Assembly: GCA_973895155.1 (NCBI GenBank)
Contig: OZ316896.1
Location: forward strand, 17,472,754 to 17,536,753
Origin: Marsupella aquatica
Taxonomy: Eukaryota > Plantae > Marchantiophyta
Direction of reading: 5' to 3'
DNA: 64,000 nucleotides
Positions within the stretch are counted from its first letter, which is position 1; each line of letters opens with the position of its first letter. The notes beneath the pieces are model-generated. The model was not told where the DNA came from and did no database searches. It saw nothing but the letters and a program-made list of their open reading frames with translations. A program made the translations under genes and the position numbers. Shown here piece after piece: positions 1 through 14,394 of the stretch.

Positions 1-2619
1 TAAGGCTTGTAATAATTACATATTAAACACAACCAATATGGTATAATTTGCAATTGTTGCCTTCATGTCCTACTTTCTTTGGCAAGAGAAACTATTATGT
101 ATATAATGTGTAGAATATGCTTGTGAATAGAGGCATTTGAAGTTTGGGTGCAGGGGGCCCATCCTGTGTGTATATGCATGGAGATTTGAGAGGCTACTTT
201 ACTTAAGAGGGCTAAAACAAATTACAATGGAATAAAAGCAACATTAAAAGGTCCAGAGTAGACAAACACAGAACTCAAATATAAGGAGGGAAAATGCAAA
301 CCCAAAGATCTATAACTGCAATATTGTATATATTGGGTGATGATTTAAGAGTCCCTATCTATGGTCATAACTAAGTCTACAAGTGGGACATGATAAGGGC
401 ATGGATATGGTCCTGTAAGGGGCCCAAGCCTTTCTTTAGGTACCTTGGTAAGTACTACTCATTGTTAGAGATTTTTAAAAGATAGATATCTCGGGCTTTG
501 AGCACACTCTAGCATCACCAAAGTCTGCTGACAGAAGCCCGTCGTCAAAAACAGATAGTGATGGGCCTCTGGAACCGGCCCAAGCTTAAATGTCTTGACT
601 AGAGCTGCCTCTTGGAAGAGCCCATCAAACGATTACAAAGTAAGGGTGGTTTTGAAAAGAATTGAGACAACTTGTGTTTCCCAACCTTTATTGGATTTTT
701 GGCTGAGTGTGGTATCCTGTCTTCCAGTATCTATTTGTGTTTTTCGGCAGTGATGTGTATCTTCTTTACTTCGTTATTTTGCTTAGATAGATTAGAGCAA
801 CCCAAAATCGAGAAGCATAATTCGAAACCCGTGGCGAAGCGGTCAAGGTTTGCATTGACATCAGATGGGACCTTGATTGATGTCCATTATATTTTGTTTC
901 TCAATCAATGACTGCTCCTCGCGGATCTGACTCAAGTAGTGCCCATGGACATCGATCATTTCGCCCACTCTCGGGATTTCACGAAGAAGATTTGATGCTG
1001 GCTGGATGCTGAAAACATTATCTAATTCAGACGGTCTCGCACTCGAGTCTATATCATGGATTCATAATCCACTGTAGCCGGAAAAGCTGGGTTCTGGTAC
1101 CAGCCATTTGGGAGTGAGGGAGGTAGCTAGCTAGCAGGTACTTGACTATTGTAGTCACTACGGTAGTCAGCGTCAAAGCTGACAAGTTTTTTTAACTGCT
1201 ACAAGCTTAAATGTGACGGAGATGATGATCTTGCACGTAACTGAGAAGATCGGGTTGTGTGCTTCAGTTGGGTGAAATGTGAGCGAGGTACCATGGATGC
1301 CGTAGCGGGCATCGACTCTGCAATCAAGTGGTCGTGGACTGTGAATAATATGGGTCGTACTTCACTGCAATTACTTAAGGCCAGGGAGCGAATGCAATAT
1401 GTTGTACTCAAACAGCTACCGTAGCAATGTGGCTGGGCTGGGGCACGTGTAGGCCCCGCCCAGCCTGTCATCAACCACACCCTAGGACCCCACAATACCA
1501 GCAAGCTCTGGGCCTCTCTGCTTCGCTCGATCAGGGAAAAGTCTGAGGAGCTCAGGCTGCCTGAACACCAAATTGCTAGCCACTGAGCTACTCGTGTAGC
1601 ATATGCATAATTTCTGTGTACTGCGAGGAGACATTCTACAATAACAACTTCTTGTTGCATGGGGCTTAGCTAGGATTAGCTCAAGACACTGACCTCTGCT
1701 GCTTTTGCTCTGGGCTGGTTGTTCTTAGAGCCGCATTAGCTAGATGGAATTGGATTTAGCACGGTGACTCTTAATTTTTACACCTCAAACCTATCCTAAA
1801 CTTAAATAATCTTATTCTCTGGTGCTTCCAAGCGATGTTACACAGGCTTTCTTAGAAATTCGTCAGAAGTGATGCCGGTGAGTGAGTGCACGGCAACCAG
1901 TGTGGTTTCAAGTTTGGAATGGACTGACAGCATTGCCGTACATGGAGAGTACGACTGGACTGGCGCTCTACATTTTTGCAGCTCGATCAGTGATGAAGCT
2001 AATGACAGAGTTTAAATATGCGGAAATCCTCCAGTTCAGTCGAATTGAGGATGTGAATGGTAGTTGAGCTGATACGCGGACCTGGATGCTATTGCATTTG
2101 TTGACGAATGAGCTGCAGCGTGAGGTGTTGATGCTTAGAAGGCGATCCAAACTTCGTAGTACAGTGAGCCTTCTTTGTTCAAAGACCGTTTCGCTGCGGC
2201 TAACTAGCTCACGTGAGGCACGGTCGTATATGGGTTCTGGATTCGACCTGCACACAATGCATTGCGCTCTCACACAGCCTCTTAACGGTCTCTGTTCTCT
2301 GTTTGTTTCTTCTCTACGACTACGTTTGTTAACAATCCTGGACAACGCAGTGATTACGAAATAGAGTTTCCGGCTTCCTTGAAAGTAGAAGGCTTCCCTG
2401 CTAAGACGCATACAAGTCGCAGACAGTCTAATTTGGTACAGGCCAGGATACTCTCATTTACATTTAAATGATAGACACTTCCCGATTGCGGCTCATTTAA
2501 TTTGGTACCAACTCTGATCTAGCTACAATGACCATCTGATCGTCATTACCCGTCGCGAACTGTACGAGGGTACGTAGCTGAGCGGAGCTGAGCGCAGTGT
2601 TGGTGCTGAAGCTGCTTCC

Positions 2620-3977
2620 ATGATATCGACAGAAGAAATGCAATCTTGTCACACATACAGATTTATGATTTTATTCCTTAGCCTCCATGCGTCTATGACG
2701 GTGCGAGCGTCAAGGTCTCTAGATTTCGCTTCTGGTAAGCATCCGACCGCACCCAATCTCGATTTGTTGCAACAACGACAGTGCATCGATCGGACTCAAA
2801 TCCTTCGATGTTGCAATAAAGTTTTCGATGAAAAATGCTACCATGCTTTTAGTAATGAATTCAGAAATCAATGCAGAACAATGGCTTGAAAATTTCTCGT
2901 TGGCAGTTATTCGAACCCATTGAAAGAATTGTGAGCATTGCTCTTTGAACTCGGAAGATCGTTGCCTCTCGAAATAGAGCCCGCTTACGTACACATCATC
3001 GACCTTCTGGAGAACTGCCTTTTCTCTCGACATACGCGCGGGTTGCTGATTCAAGAGATTAATTCACGAGAATCCGCGGAAGAAATAAATGGGTCGGGGC
3101 AAGGCACAGTCGGTGGGAAATTCATAGAACATTCAGCAGGTAGTTTGAAAACTTCTATTGGGCTGTGAACAGGTGTTCCGTTAGGACCATCACTCAAGAT
3201 AAGATCACTCCTGGACCTGCAAGACGACTCCACAGCAACGGCAGAGGTGAAAACTGAAAAGGTATGTAACATTTGGAACTTACAAGATTTGATCGAATCA
3301 CGTGATGTTGGTACTGGAGCCTGCACCGAATGTATTGTACGTACTCTCACTTCAGGATCCGGAGAGCCTGAGACTACTGATCCAATAGGTGCTGCAGCCC
3401 TTTAATAGACTCGTGAAATTGTAACTCCAAAATTCGATCTGATCGAGATCCTTAAGCTCGAGTGCAGTTCAAAAGACTCTGGCACCATACTGGGTTGCGA
3501 AGGGATCGAAGCGCCATCACCCGGCCACGATCCATATATGGCTACCATGGCCTGGTGATCATGTGCGTTGGAATACTATTAGTAGTAGAGCCTCTTGGCC
3601 GGTGATTATGTGCGTTGGAATACTATTAGTAGTAGAGACTCTTAACACTCAATGTACGTGTACCAGGCTGCTGAAGTGATTGATTTTATTTTTGCATGCA
3701 GCCGCACCACAAGGATCGGTTCAGTGGAGCCAATTGGAGAGAGTTTTCCGAAAAGCTGCTGGCGAGGCAGATGGGTTCCAAGCCTCCGGACTGCAACGGG
3801 AAGTGTGACTTGTGTCGACCTTGTGAGGCTGTGGAGGTGCCCATTTCGAACCGCGCAGTTAAAAAAGTCCAAGAAGATTCTCAAGACCCCAGCACTCTCG
3901 CCGCTGAGCCAGACGACACCAATTACATGCCCGAAAGTTGGAGATGCGCTTGTGGAAATGAATACTACAACCCCTAG
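2620..3977 (+). CDS. EPFL: EPIDERMAL PATTERNING FACTOR-like secreted Cys-rich peptide (EPFL1/2-type); exons 2620-2734, 3173-3261, 3702-3977
   Basis: The last exon encodes GSKPPDCNGKCDLCRPCEAVEVP...NYMPESWRCACGNEYYNP (6-Cys EPFL pattern). Exon 1 has a hydrophobic, signal-peptide-like stretch (FMILFLSLHASMTVRA). GT-AG junctions at 2735/3172 and 3262/3701 join in phase. Confidence 0.9.
3553..3643. repeat. Tandem duplication of ~47 bp in EPFL intron 2
   Basis: ggtgat(c/t)atgtgcgttggaatactattagtagtagag occurs twice in tandem. Confidence 0.8.
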
Positions 3978-4317
3978 CGTTCCACCCAGACAACTGACCT
4001 TGATCAACCATCCATACACTTATATCTCGAGCGTTATATCGTGTGCACAAGTGTCCAACCTCTTCGTTATATACTACATATATATACTTAGGTCAAAGGA
4101 TCACCGTACATTGATCGACCACGGCTCCGACTTCGATCAAGTGGCTTCATCGATGAGCTGGAAACTAGAACGATGATTGTTGGGATCCGACCTGGACATT
4201 CGAATGTGCCTCCCGTCCGGCCACTGCAGATCGATCATTGCCGTCATCGATCTGCATATATCTTGAGGCTCTGGGTGTAAGCTTATATACCCAGCTCCAG
4301 TTTCTTACCGGTCAAAA

Positions 4318-4424
4318 GCCATGGACAGAGATCGATGTCTACGAATCTAGGTTTCACAATTCCAGGTGCTCAAAATCCATGGACAGCGATCGATGTCTAC
4401 GAGTCTAGCTTCACAATTCCAGGT
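4318..4424. repeat. Tandem duplication of ~58 bp downstream of EPFL
   Basis: ccatggacag(a/c)gatcgatgtctacga..tctag..ttcacaattccaggt occurs twice. Confidence 0.75.
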
Positions 4425-7173
4425 TAACTATTACTGGTGCCTTAGTTTCGGTTCCAGCTCATTCGATTAGATTTAATTTGAGCATTTACAGTCTCATCAA
4501 TTTCGGGGTTCAGCTAGAGTTTCAGATAAACCCTATTTTCGGTCTGATGGGGATGAAGTCTACGGTGGAATTGTTCATTGTACGTAGAATGTATCGATCA
4601 AAGTTAAGGTGAGAAATTTGAGCTAGCAAAGGGACGATCATGGGGCATATCGAGAACACATCATGCATGCTGGTGATCCTGATATCTTCAAAGCTTCCTT
4701 AAGGAATCCTGTCCTCGCTAGCTTGACTGCTGCGCGCGAACACCATGGTAGCAGTGTGGGTTTTATGCCCCTTACAGATCATGAGAATTGACAGACACAG
4801 AATCCCGAGAGGCAGTTCTTCAAATGTAGCGTCTCTAGTCGCGGCCAGTGAAGTAATGATGATCGGTCGTCCAGTGAAGTGATGAACATGTCTTGAAATC
4901 AATCAATTACATCATGTACAGAATTAGTTAGTCTGTAGCGAGGTCTACTGTACACCGTTAACTTTATAGTTACTTTTAATAATAACAATCCTTGCAGGGA
5001 TACCAGCAGGCATGAGCTTACAGTACGACTGACCGACTCGTCGTGGTTGGTAGCCGATGAAGGATTTGAATTGATCGATTAGTTTGGTCCCTAGCCATAT
5101 GTACCTGTGCTGTATAGTACTTGCTTGTGCAGAACCTACAGTACCTTCAATAAAACCATGAAGTCCGATCTCGCAATTGATATATGTTGACTGACAACAT
5201 CTCCTGACTGTCCATACTTAATATGATTTTCGTAGAGCAAGTAACTTATTTCACCTCGCAATTCCAACCCTGCCATTTCAGTTAGTACGTACTGTAGAGG
5301 TCTGCAATTATATGTGAGTTCTGTGCGCATGCGGAAAAAACATGTGAGAGGGTTTGAGCCTAAACTGAAGTATGTTATATAGACTGTGAAGGTTTATGTT
5401 CAAAATGCCATGAATGTCATCTCATATGATCATCGCCAATTTACTCACTCACAGTTAATTGCAACTATCTTTTTATTCATATCTATATATGCTTTATACG
5501 ATCTTTGAAGAATCCATCGTTGGGAGGCAATATATCATGTTGGATATTTAGTCAGCAAATTCATTGGATCATCTTCAAGGCTAGGACTAACATAATAAGT
5601 GATATGTCCTATAGCTAGGGAGGTGTTGACTGACGTCTAAGAAGGTACTGCCTAAAGTAATTAAGTGATGTCAGTACATTTATTGATTGTGTTAGGAAGT
5701 TCGTTCAGACAGTTTGTGGTTTATGGTTTGGTAAATCTTCCAGTCTGATCTGATGCCCAGGGACCTGCTCATCAAAAAATTAAGGATTGAAGGGGACATG
5801 CATGGATCCTTAGTCACCTAGCCTTTACCATTTTAACAACTGAAAGTAACATAAGATACTGCGCGCGGTGATAATAGAAATGTAATATGAATGCTAGAAA
5901 ATGGATAGTTAAAGTTGACTATTAATCTAGCAAGGTCATGACTCGGTGAAGCGCAGGCAGTACAAGTTTCTAAAGTAGAATATCCGTGCTGCTCAGGCTG
6001 TAGTCACTCCAAGTCATTCCATTCTGCTTTAATCTCGATGATCTTTTCATTTCAGTACACAACCCAAGTCTGCAGGTAGAGCTGTCCATATTCTCCCACG
6101 GTTTAAACTAGCTCCATCGCTGAGGTAACACAGATATCATGATGAGAAGTTGCTGACTAGCTAGGGAAACAATTTGACGTACAACTGAGGCGCTGTATGA
6201 GTCATGCCTGAATCGACTCGTGATCTTTTCTTTCTCGATCTGGAGAAGATGCTTTAGGCAAAGTACACCTGCATGCAACTGAAATGGCAGTACTTCTGTG
6301 GATCGATCGTCTACAGAGCTGGTTAAAAATGTAAAGCTTTCAATCATCATACCAAGTACTGTGTTCATGCATGCATGTCTGATCGGTAGATTTCCGTTCA
6401 TTCAGTGCACGCCAATTAAGTTTTTAGCATAATTATGTTTCTTGCTGAGTAATGAGTAGTGGGTCACGGACTCGGAATATGGGGCCTAAAGAGCATGGGG
6501 GACGGTACAACTTACTACTGCTGACTAAAAGAGTTACTAACGTGTGACTAATCTGATCTAAGATTTCTGCTGTAGTTGTGACGGGAAGATGATATCGAGG
6601 TTTTGAATTGGAAGATCATTGTGGCAACAACTACGACAACTTTCCATATCTAACACTGACCTTGCACCAGAATCCATATCATGCAATTCCAGAATAAAAA
6701 GTTATTTTTTGAGTTATTTTGTGTTCAGGGAGCAGCATTCATTGACACAAGTTTGAGTTAGTACCACTCAGGCACATCTCAGGGCACCCCGCTACTGAAC
6801 ATCAGGGATAATTGACACAGGAATATATATACTCCCTTCGCCCCCACAATAATAGTAACATTTCTGAAACTAAATCTCCCTTCTGAAGCATTGTCATTGA
6901 AAGGAGTTTCAATGGAGAATGAAAACTTAAAGTAAAATGACTTGGGTGTTCTTTCCATGTGGATGACTCGAATCTACAAATTCAGATGTGATCAATATCT
7001 AACACTACAAGGTGTGATCTTCACAATAGGGTAGGAGTGATCTGTTTACAAAAGTTTGTAAAAAAACTGGAAAGATTCCCCTGCCATCGGATGTATCTTT
7101 TGGTTTTTCTAAACCATCAGATTGATTTCTCCAGATAGAACACTACAACAAGTTCTGGACACATTTGAATTGA

Positions 7174-7403
7174 TCCCTACCTACAACTCGTGAATTGATT
7201 TCTTTTTTTATTTCAATACTTCAACTTTGACCATACACAATGTTATACTAACATTGTCCACCCTTGTCTTCACTTTGCACTCTCTCCCCATCCTAACAAC
7301 TTTTGACTTTCTTCCCTACCTACAACTCATGAATTGATTTCTCTTTTGGTTTCAATACTTCAACTTTGACCATACACAATGTTACACTACCATTGTCCAC
7401 CCC
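7174..7403. repeat. Direct repeat of ~90 bp (7174-7263, 7314-7403)
   Basis: tccctacctacaactc.tgaattgatttc...caatacttcaactttgaccatacacaatgtta...cattgtccaccc occurs twice. Confidence 0.8.
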
Positions 7404-8008
7404 AAAATAATCTTGGTAACACAACTTTTAATTAAATAAACATTGCCCACTGCAAACAGTATTGTTAACACCTATTCCAAATAAATGTCAAATCGAGACT
7501 TCACATACTCTGAAATTTTCCTGCCATTAAAAAATTTAAGAATGCCTTTTTCAAATTCGCGTGCTGTTCGTTGGGAAAGCTTTGCCTTGCATTTTACATT
7601 TTTCAAGCTTATGAACCCAGAAAGCCTGTCCAGCGCAATGTTCACATTCTAAATTTGATCTGCATAAATTGCTCCTTCCAAAATTCTCCAAAATACAAAC
7701 CTGTATAATCGGGCAGGGCTTTAAGTTCTCTTAATTTCAGAATATCTCTGGATAGTTTCTGATATAACCTGTTCAGTCATTCCCAGAGCAACCTGTCGTA
7801 AGAATTTTGAGCCGTAGTGACCGCGACTCAAATATTGCAACAGTGGCCGTTCAATACCCCCAAAATTGTGGGGGAGTCTACTTTCAGCTGGGATCCTATG
7901 GTCTGCATATCTGTATCTTGCATAAGATCTCAGCCGTTTTCACAAATAAACCGATCAAGGTACTTCCTTCCTTGATCATGGAGAACGCTAAAAAGTTCAG
8001 AACAATGA

Positions 8009-11000
8009 TTATGAAACTGGTAGAAACAACCATCCGAGAACAACGGCTGTAAACGGAACTGTAAAATTGTCGTCTAATCGTGTGCTTATAGGCAGAGACT
8101 CCACCAGCGCTGTGAAAAATGAAACTAGGAACACACCCAGAAACGTTCTCGGCAAGATCTTCACGAGGCCAAAAGCTGAGAAATAGCCCAAGTACCTGCA
8201 TCACGTGTAACAGAATAAGCAGGCACATATTATTAGCCATTACTCTTCTCCCTTCCACAAGACCTCGACGCAGCATTCTCAACTTAACCTTTCTAGAGAC
8301 TACATTGATTCTGCCAGTCAATTCTGTCTGAGTTATCTTTCCAGCGAAATTACCCTGTCTTGACATAGACTTGAACACATTACTGCATCTCAATCAGTGG
8401 AAAACCACCTACTCAAAAACGGAATTGGTCCGATTGCGTAAACTATGCACCTATAAAGATGTCGCCAGGCAGGGAAACAAATCAACTCTGCATTCGTAAA
8501 GACTAAGGAAACAATTATTCTGTCTTGGCACCAGAGATAGGCCAGCAGAACAGACTCATCTACATGAAGCCAGAAGTGGGGAAGTTCTTACAGCATAGAT
8601 ATAAGGGAGCTCATAACGAAGAAGGCCATAGTGCCAGCAATTGACTTGTACTCGTTGTACGGCAGCTTACTTGTGCCAAAATTCCTTCCTACAATATCAG
8701 CGAAACCTGCCATCATGAAATCTATTTGTTAGGTGTCACATGATCAACTGGTTTGACTCCCAATGTCTACTTCAAGCAAGTACGTCCGTGGCGACAGAGT
8801 GTTATGACAGCAGCTACAGATCGAAAGGTATGGGTAACTCTTTGATTGGCCAGCAAGTTGAACGTACGAGTTGCATTCCAAATCCACCCGAACAAGCAAT
8901 CGCATTGTCAAATGGATTTGGGAAGAAATTCACAGTTCCATGTGGCACCCTTCCAACAGACATTTAGGTTAATTGCTGGAAAGATGTATGCCCAAGGAGG
9001 TCGTTATGATACTCGAATCAACATTCAATAATATGCCATTGTACTTAAAGTTAACCTAAGTAACTACCGAAGGTCTTTATCAAGTAGAGCACATTTGCAG
9101 AACTCAAGTTGGACAAAAGCCACAAGATAACCAGCAATTCGAAGCTTGGTTCCCGGGATTATTGAATAGGTGGAACCCGTCAGTGCCCTGAATTGTACCA
9201 ACCTTCAAGTCTAACTGGAAAGTACTTCCAAAATTTGTGTAGGTAAGCTGATGTTACTTGCCAGAGATCCGCAACTAGCCATAACTAAGCAGCGTCGGAG
9301 CCAGTGCTGAGATCAAAGTACCCTCTTGCCGCAAGTCTCAAGGGAGCCGACTACCATTTTCTCAATGAATTGGACGACGTGGCAACTGAACAAACTATAG
9401 CATAAATCGTAAGGATCTCGGGCGTACCATCTCCTGCACACAGATTGACAAGAGCAACTATGCCAATAGGGGAAGTCCGCCAGAATCCAATAGTGGTGAC
9501 CACCACAGCAAGAGCATAGTAGAACGGTCCTCTTAAAAGTTCCCTGTAGCATTCCAAACCACGGATCATTCCAGACCACAACAGAAACGCCTAGTCCAGT
9601 CCACTGGTTTGTTGACTGAACCAGTAGCTATAGAAACTGCCGACACTCCTTTTTGAAAGGTATTTGTATTCCATACAAGAGTCTCTCTTCTTGGGGTTAA
9701 TTAGTGCAAATTGATTCTCAACTTTGCTCGGCAGTCTGCCAATGAGATTTGCTAGCAAAACCACTTCAGTGAACCTCAAGGTATTTTCTTAAGACCCTGT
9801 TGCAATGTGACCATCATGTGTCTCAATCCTTTTGGGCCACATGATTTTCGATCTCGAAAATATTAAAAAATTTAAACGCCTTCAGTGACTATCATGAGTG
9901 CATATGCAAAACAGTTACACTTCTCAACTGTTCAATTATCTTCATCAACTCCTACCTTTAGCTATTTGAACAAGTTCGTCCTCTCGTTAACTGTTCATTC
10001 ATTCTCAGGAAAAAAGCCATGGCACAACATGCAATTCTATCCAAAGTGGACTGTCCTCGACCAAATGGTTTTCTAAGCAAATTAAGTTTTCTTTGTATAG
10101 AACTTCAGCTCCGACCATCCGCAATGGTGTATTCCAAAAAAGGATGCTAAACCTTCACTATTTATCTTGTCTATCCCTGGCAGCCGTCATAGAAGGATCA
10201 ATGGCAGTATCACCACAAGACTTGCACCAACAGGACAAGTTTTTCACTTTTGTGATTTACTTAACAATTCTTAGAGTATTCTCGTACGTCAATGTGGTAT
10301 CTCTAGCCAGGAGAACTCTTTCACTTTAATGTTTTATCAAGCTTACCTCCGATCACCGTCTCGGGTCATTGACTTGATGATGGCTTCATTGTCCATCAAT
10401 CCAGATCCGATTAACAACATCCGTACACCATTCATGGCTGGTGCAAATGCTGCCAAATAGGGGGCTATTGCTGATGGCCTGTCCAATTCGCCATATTCAC
10501 GACAGCAGAACAGGAATGAGGCACTGGTCAAAAATTGAACACAAAGGTTGGGCTCAAGCTTTTTCCTCCCCATTTCACTCGTAACTAAATATGAACGAGG
10601 AGAAAGCCCTAGTCTGGCTTAACAGCTCCACGCAACATTTTACAATCATAACATCTCCCTGAAAGTAGTAACAAGATGCCACAATGCAACCAAATTTTCA
10701 AGACATACCCATTGAAGACCAAAGATGAGAGTGGAAGCTGATACCAATCGGTAGAGAGGATACACATGTCTTTGGTATATACATCCGATTTGTGCAAAAC
10801 TTGACTTGAGAGAGGGATTTTACACTCACGTGAATAGAGGCCAAAACAGCATGAATCCAAGCCCCACTCCTATATGCACCAACTTCCTGCTCAACTTCTG
10901 CGGACAAGGACTCGCGCCGGGCTCACATTTGAGAACTTCATTCAATCTGCTGAATGCTCCGCAAACTAAGAAATGTTTGAAGTAAATTTGTAGATTGCGA

Positions 11001-11786
11001 GGGCACGATCGAGGGCACGAGAGGGTAGAAGACCGACTAGCGAAGACATTATCGAACCGACTTTCAATTCCAAAGATTCCAGATCAATCGCAGAGAGAAA
11101 CACACCTTTTCCAGAACATCCCGCTTCGCCAACTCGTTGAAGACTTGCAGGAATGCCAAAGCTCCCGCCAGAGTCGCGACGCCAGCGAAAATGTCTTGCA
11201 TTGCAGGAAAGTACTCCGGCCACCAGAACCCAGAGGAGGCGGCAGTGGTGCCAACGCCAGCAGGAGTGACAATCGCACCACAACCAAGCCGTAACAAATC
11301 GGTCACAGCGCCAACCTTCTCTTCTCCCTGGACATCACTTCCTCCTCCTGTCTGGATGTCTCCTCTACCCGAGTCCCCTGCGGATCCCAACAGTCCCCCT
11401 GCAAGAGTTATGAGGGAGGCTATGAACCCACCCAGCACCCGTGCTGGGGCAGAAACTTGCCCCGCTAGCGGCTCCATCTCAGAGGAGCAGTTTGCTTCTG
11501 CCATGCTGATCAACTCGCCGGCTGAACGGCTTGCAGCCGTCTTAGCAGTAATTTCTTTAGTAGGAGTGCCCGTGAGTTGCGCAAGCTCACCGAAGTTTCT
11601 TCGAATCAAGCGAAGGGGAATCCCAGTAGCGCTAGGGCAGAAGCGACTGCATTGGACAGGAGCAGTGATCCTGCAGTAACGAGAGTAACTGTCTTGTAGA
11701 GAGCTAACGCTGCTGCCTTTGCTGCTGATGCTGTTCGGAAGCCTGGTTGGATGTAAGGCCACCGTTCTGAAATCCAAGAGAGCCAT
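8009..11786 (-). CDS. FOLK: Farnesol/phytol kinase (CTP-dependent polyprenol kinase, FOLK/VTE5 family), probably plastid-targeted; exons 11786-11106, 10897-10830, 10478-10347, 9543-9428, 8706-8592, 8195-8009
   Basis: The spliced translation gives KLSRKLVHIG, SMTRDGDRRELLRGPFYY, NLCAGDGFADIVGRNFG, KLPYNEYKSIAG and ALVESLPISTRLDDNFTVP. All junctions are GT-AG and in phase. The N-terminus is Ser/Arg-rich like a transit peptide. NLCAGDG and GDRRELL resemble FOLK more than VTE5 (recalled, not searched). Confidence 0.9.
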
Positions 11787-13152
11787 CAGTCCCTGTTGCC
11801 GATTGACCGACTGCCCAGCAGCTCAGCTACAGTAGATTCGGCACACACACGAGATATTAGGAATTTAAATGCAAAGCAGAGCCCCGGACAGACTCTACCA
11901 CATTTTGTTGAAGCAACTGACTAGAGACGACCTCACTAAAATGACCCAGGTGCACATTGTAGTGGCTGGTGTTTGAGTGCACGCCAAAAGCAGCAAAAAT
12001 GGAGGCTCGATACAAAAGACATTTAAAATTCAGGAAAAGACGACAAAACAAGAGGCAGGGGAGTTCAGACCATCAAATCAATCAACCCAGCTGCTCACGA
12101 CGACCACAAATCGATCCGCTCACTCTGCGGTGCGGTCTGCTGAGATCAAAATAGTGCAATAGAAGAACGATTTGATTGAGCTTTGTGAAAACTCGACTCC
12201 TTAGTTACGGTTACAGTGGTCACACACTTCTCTCCTCAGGAACTGAAAAGCTTTGGAATGCGACGGAATTCAGCTCCTACCTTCTTCAGATTCCACGCCA
12301 AAGTCCAACAACAATTCCCAGCTCCAAAATCACTCATTTATTCATGATTCCATGAGATCATAGCTGGTTGTCCACAGACCCAATTGGCAGCAAACGTCCA
12401 GAGAGAGTCTCAACTTCTCTCACAGGCGCACGCACAGTAATATTCAGAGTGCAGAAGTGTGTGACTTGCAGGACTGTCGGTATTCCCGAGTACTTTTCTG
12501 GAGCAGAATACTGATCAGCTTCCTACAAAGATTCACAGAGAGAGAGGTATCCCCAAAGTACGTCACGACAACATCTCCTGTGTTTTTCACGAGTTCAATC
12601 TTCAGTTTTTAGTTGTGAGGGATATTCTTGCCGTCTAGGCTGAGACTACGGAATATAAACACTCTGTAGTGAACGATTGACCTCACAAAACCATACTCGT
12701 CATGGGGAACAAAGTTCGCCTCTTCACGCAAGTCTGTCTACTTCTCCAAAGGAGTCGTAACTACCACCACACCCTCCCGTCCACCTCTGCCTTTCTCGCC
12801 AAAAGCAAGCCTACCACGACCACATTGGACGTAATTTGCTGACCGCGTGCACACGCATCAAAAGGGCATGAACATCCGACCTGCCCCCTTCTTATAAATA
12901 ATATATGAGTGCGATAAAGTTCCTTAGATCATTGGGTCAAAGACTCATCAATGGATAGAATGATAAATTATAGGCTTGCACAAATTCCGTGTCCAGCGGC
13001 AGTACCGTATACGTTCTGACTAGCACCGTTTCCAGAACTCGTGGCAGGTCAGGCGGATTTTTTTTCCTTGACTACAGGAGCATCTTGTTGTGATCTGACA
13101 GACTAAAAGTGATACAAAGCACGGATACTCAGTATCCTGACGCGCGACTACT

Positions 13153-13176
13153 CCGCGCCAAAACCCCGCGCCAAAA
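13153..13176. promoter_or_regulatory. Two tandem E2F-type sites (TTTTGGCGCGG on - strand)
   Basis: ccgcgccaaaaccccgcgccaaaa matches the TTTSSCGC consensus twice; the target gene is unclear. Confidence 0.35.
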
Positions 13177-13754
13177 CCCCGATAGATTCTGCTCGGCACC
13201 TGCCGAGATTCTCCTATTTCCGGGCCCGTGAAACTAAAAACCTCACTCCCCTTTTATTCCACAATGCCCCATGCCCTCGACAAATCTTGCTCCTGTTCCA
13301 CGATCATGGATTACTGGAAGTTCAACCGAATCCGGGTTCAGATGATTTTCAAAGTTCAAACGATACTTAGACAAGTAAGGTGTGATGCGAAGGGATTGCA
13401 GGAGAGACACATAAACTTCTTGCCAACTTCGGTAACTGATTAGGACAATCAGTGAAGGGACTAGGTCGTGCACAACACGGGACGGGACTGCCTTAGTGGA
13501 CAAGGGGAGAGTCTACTTCGCAGCACTTCGCAGCTTCGGCATTTGTTTATAAAGAGATTGAAGAATTAGAGGCGGATTAGGAAGAATGAGCTATAGTTCC
13601 AGATGGGGAAGGCGTCACTGACGACGTACGCTGTCATATGTGCTGCTCTGTTGTGGGACCAAACTTCTCGTTTGGGCAAGTGGACTTTAAAGCCTCGCAC
13701 CAAAGTGGGTCGGCTGGATGGCGATTTTCAATGTTCACCCAGAGATGCATTACT

Positions 13755-13898
13755 TCAGATCGTATCAACGTATTTCATAGCTCCTTTCTGTGGTGAAGTG
13801 TCTGAAGATTGCTTATGTACTAGCACATCAGATCGTATCACGTATTCGTAGCTCCTCTCTGTGGGGAAGTGTGTGAAGATTGCTTATGCACTAGCACT
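13755..13898. repeat. Tandem duplication of ~72 bp
   Basis: tcagatcgtatca..gtatt..tagctcct.tctgtgg.gaagtgt.tgaagattgcttatg.actagcac occurs twice. Confidence 0.75.
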
Positions 13899-14394
13899 CG
13901 ATATGTTTCTGTTCTTGCAATCTCTTTCTTGCAATTTCTTTCTCTATCAAGTTCTCTTGGCTGCATGTCACTCGCCGGGTTGGGGACTCGAGTAGCATGG
14001 AAGTCACGAGTGCACTGAAAAAAAGCAACTCAGGAGTGGAGAACAACATTTCTACATTCTTTCTGATTCAGTGCTGCCTTTTCGAACACGAAGAAAAAGA
14101 GATGGCGAGCCTTACCCACATCGAGAGTATCCATACCCCGGGAACAAGGAGTTGAGCTCAGAGGAAGCCAGAGCACCTGAAAATTAGCAGGAGGCGGCCT
14201 TTCATCGGATTTGCAAAAGGAAAAAAGTTCAAGAGCGACTCAGAAACGGTGGCTTCCGATGCAAAGAGGAGTGATTCAAGATTTCGAGGAACGAGGCTAC
14301 AATCCCACAGCAAGCGACTTCGAATCAGTGAAGGGAGGAATGCCGGAACGAATTGGCTTTTCAAACGTGGACAGATCCCAGGGAGGGGGGCATT

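Noticed and set aside
1199-2411. ORFs of 92-153 aa upstream of EPFL
   Set aside because: No recognisable motifs or consistent splice structure; probably promoter/5' UTR sequence.
3652-4176. 174-aa ORF (and antisense ORF 3642-4019)
   Set aside because: Alternate-frame and antisense shadows of the EPFL last exon, with no recognisable motifs.
11137-11679. 180-aa + strand ORF
   Set aside because: Antisense shadow of the GC-rich FOLK exon 1.
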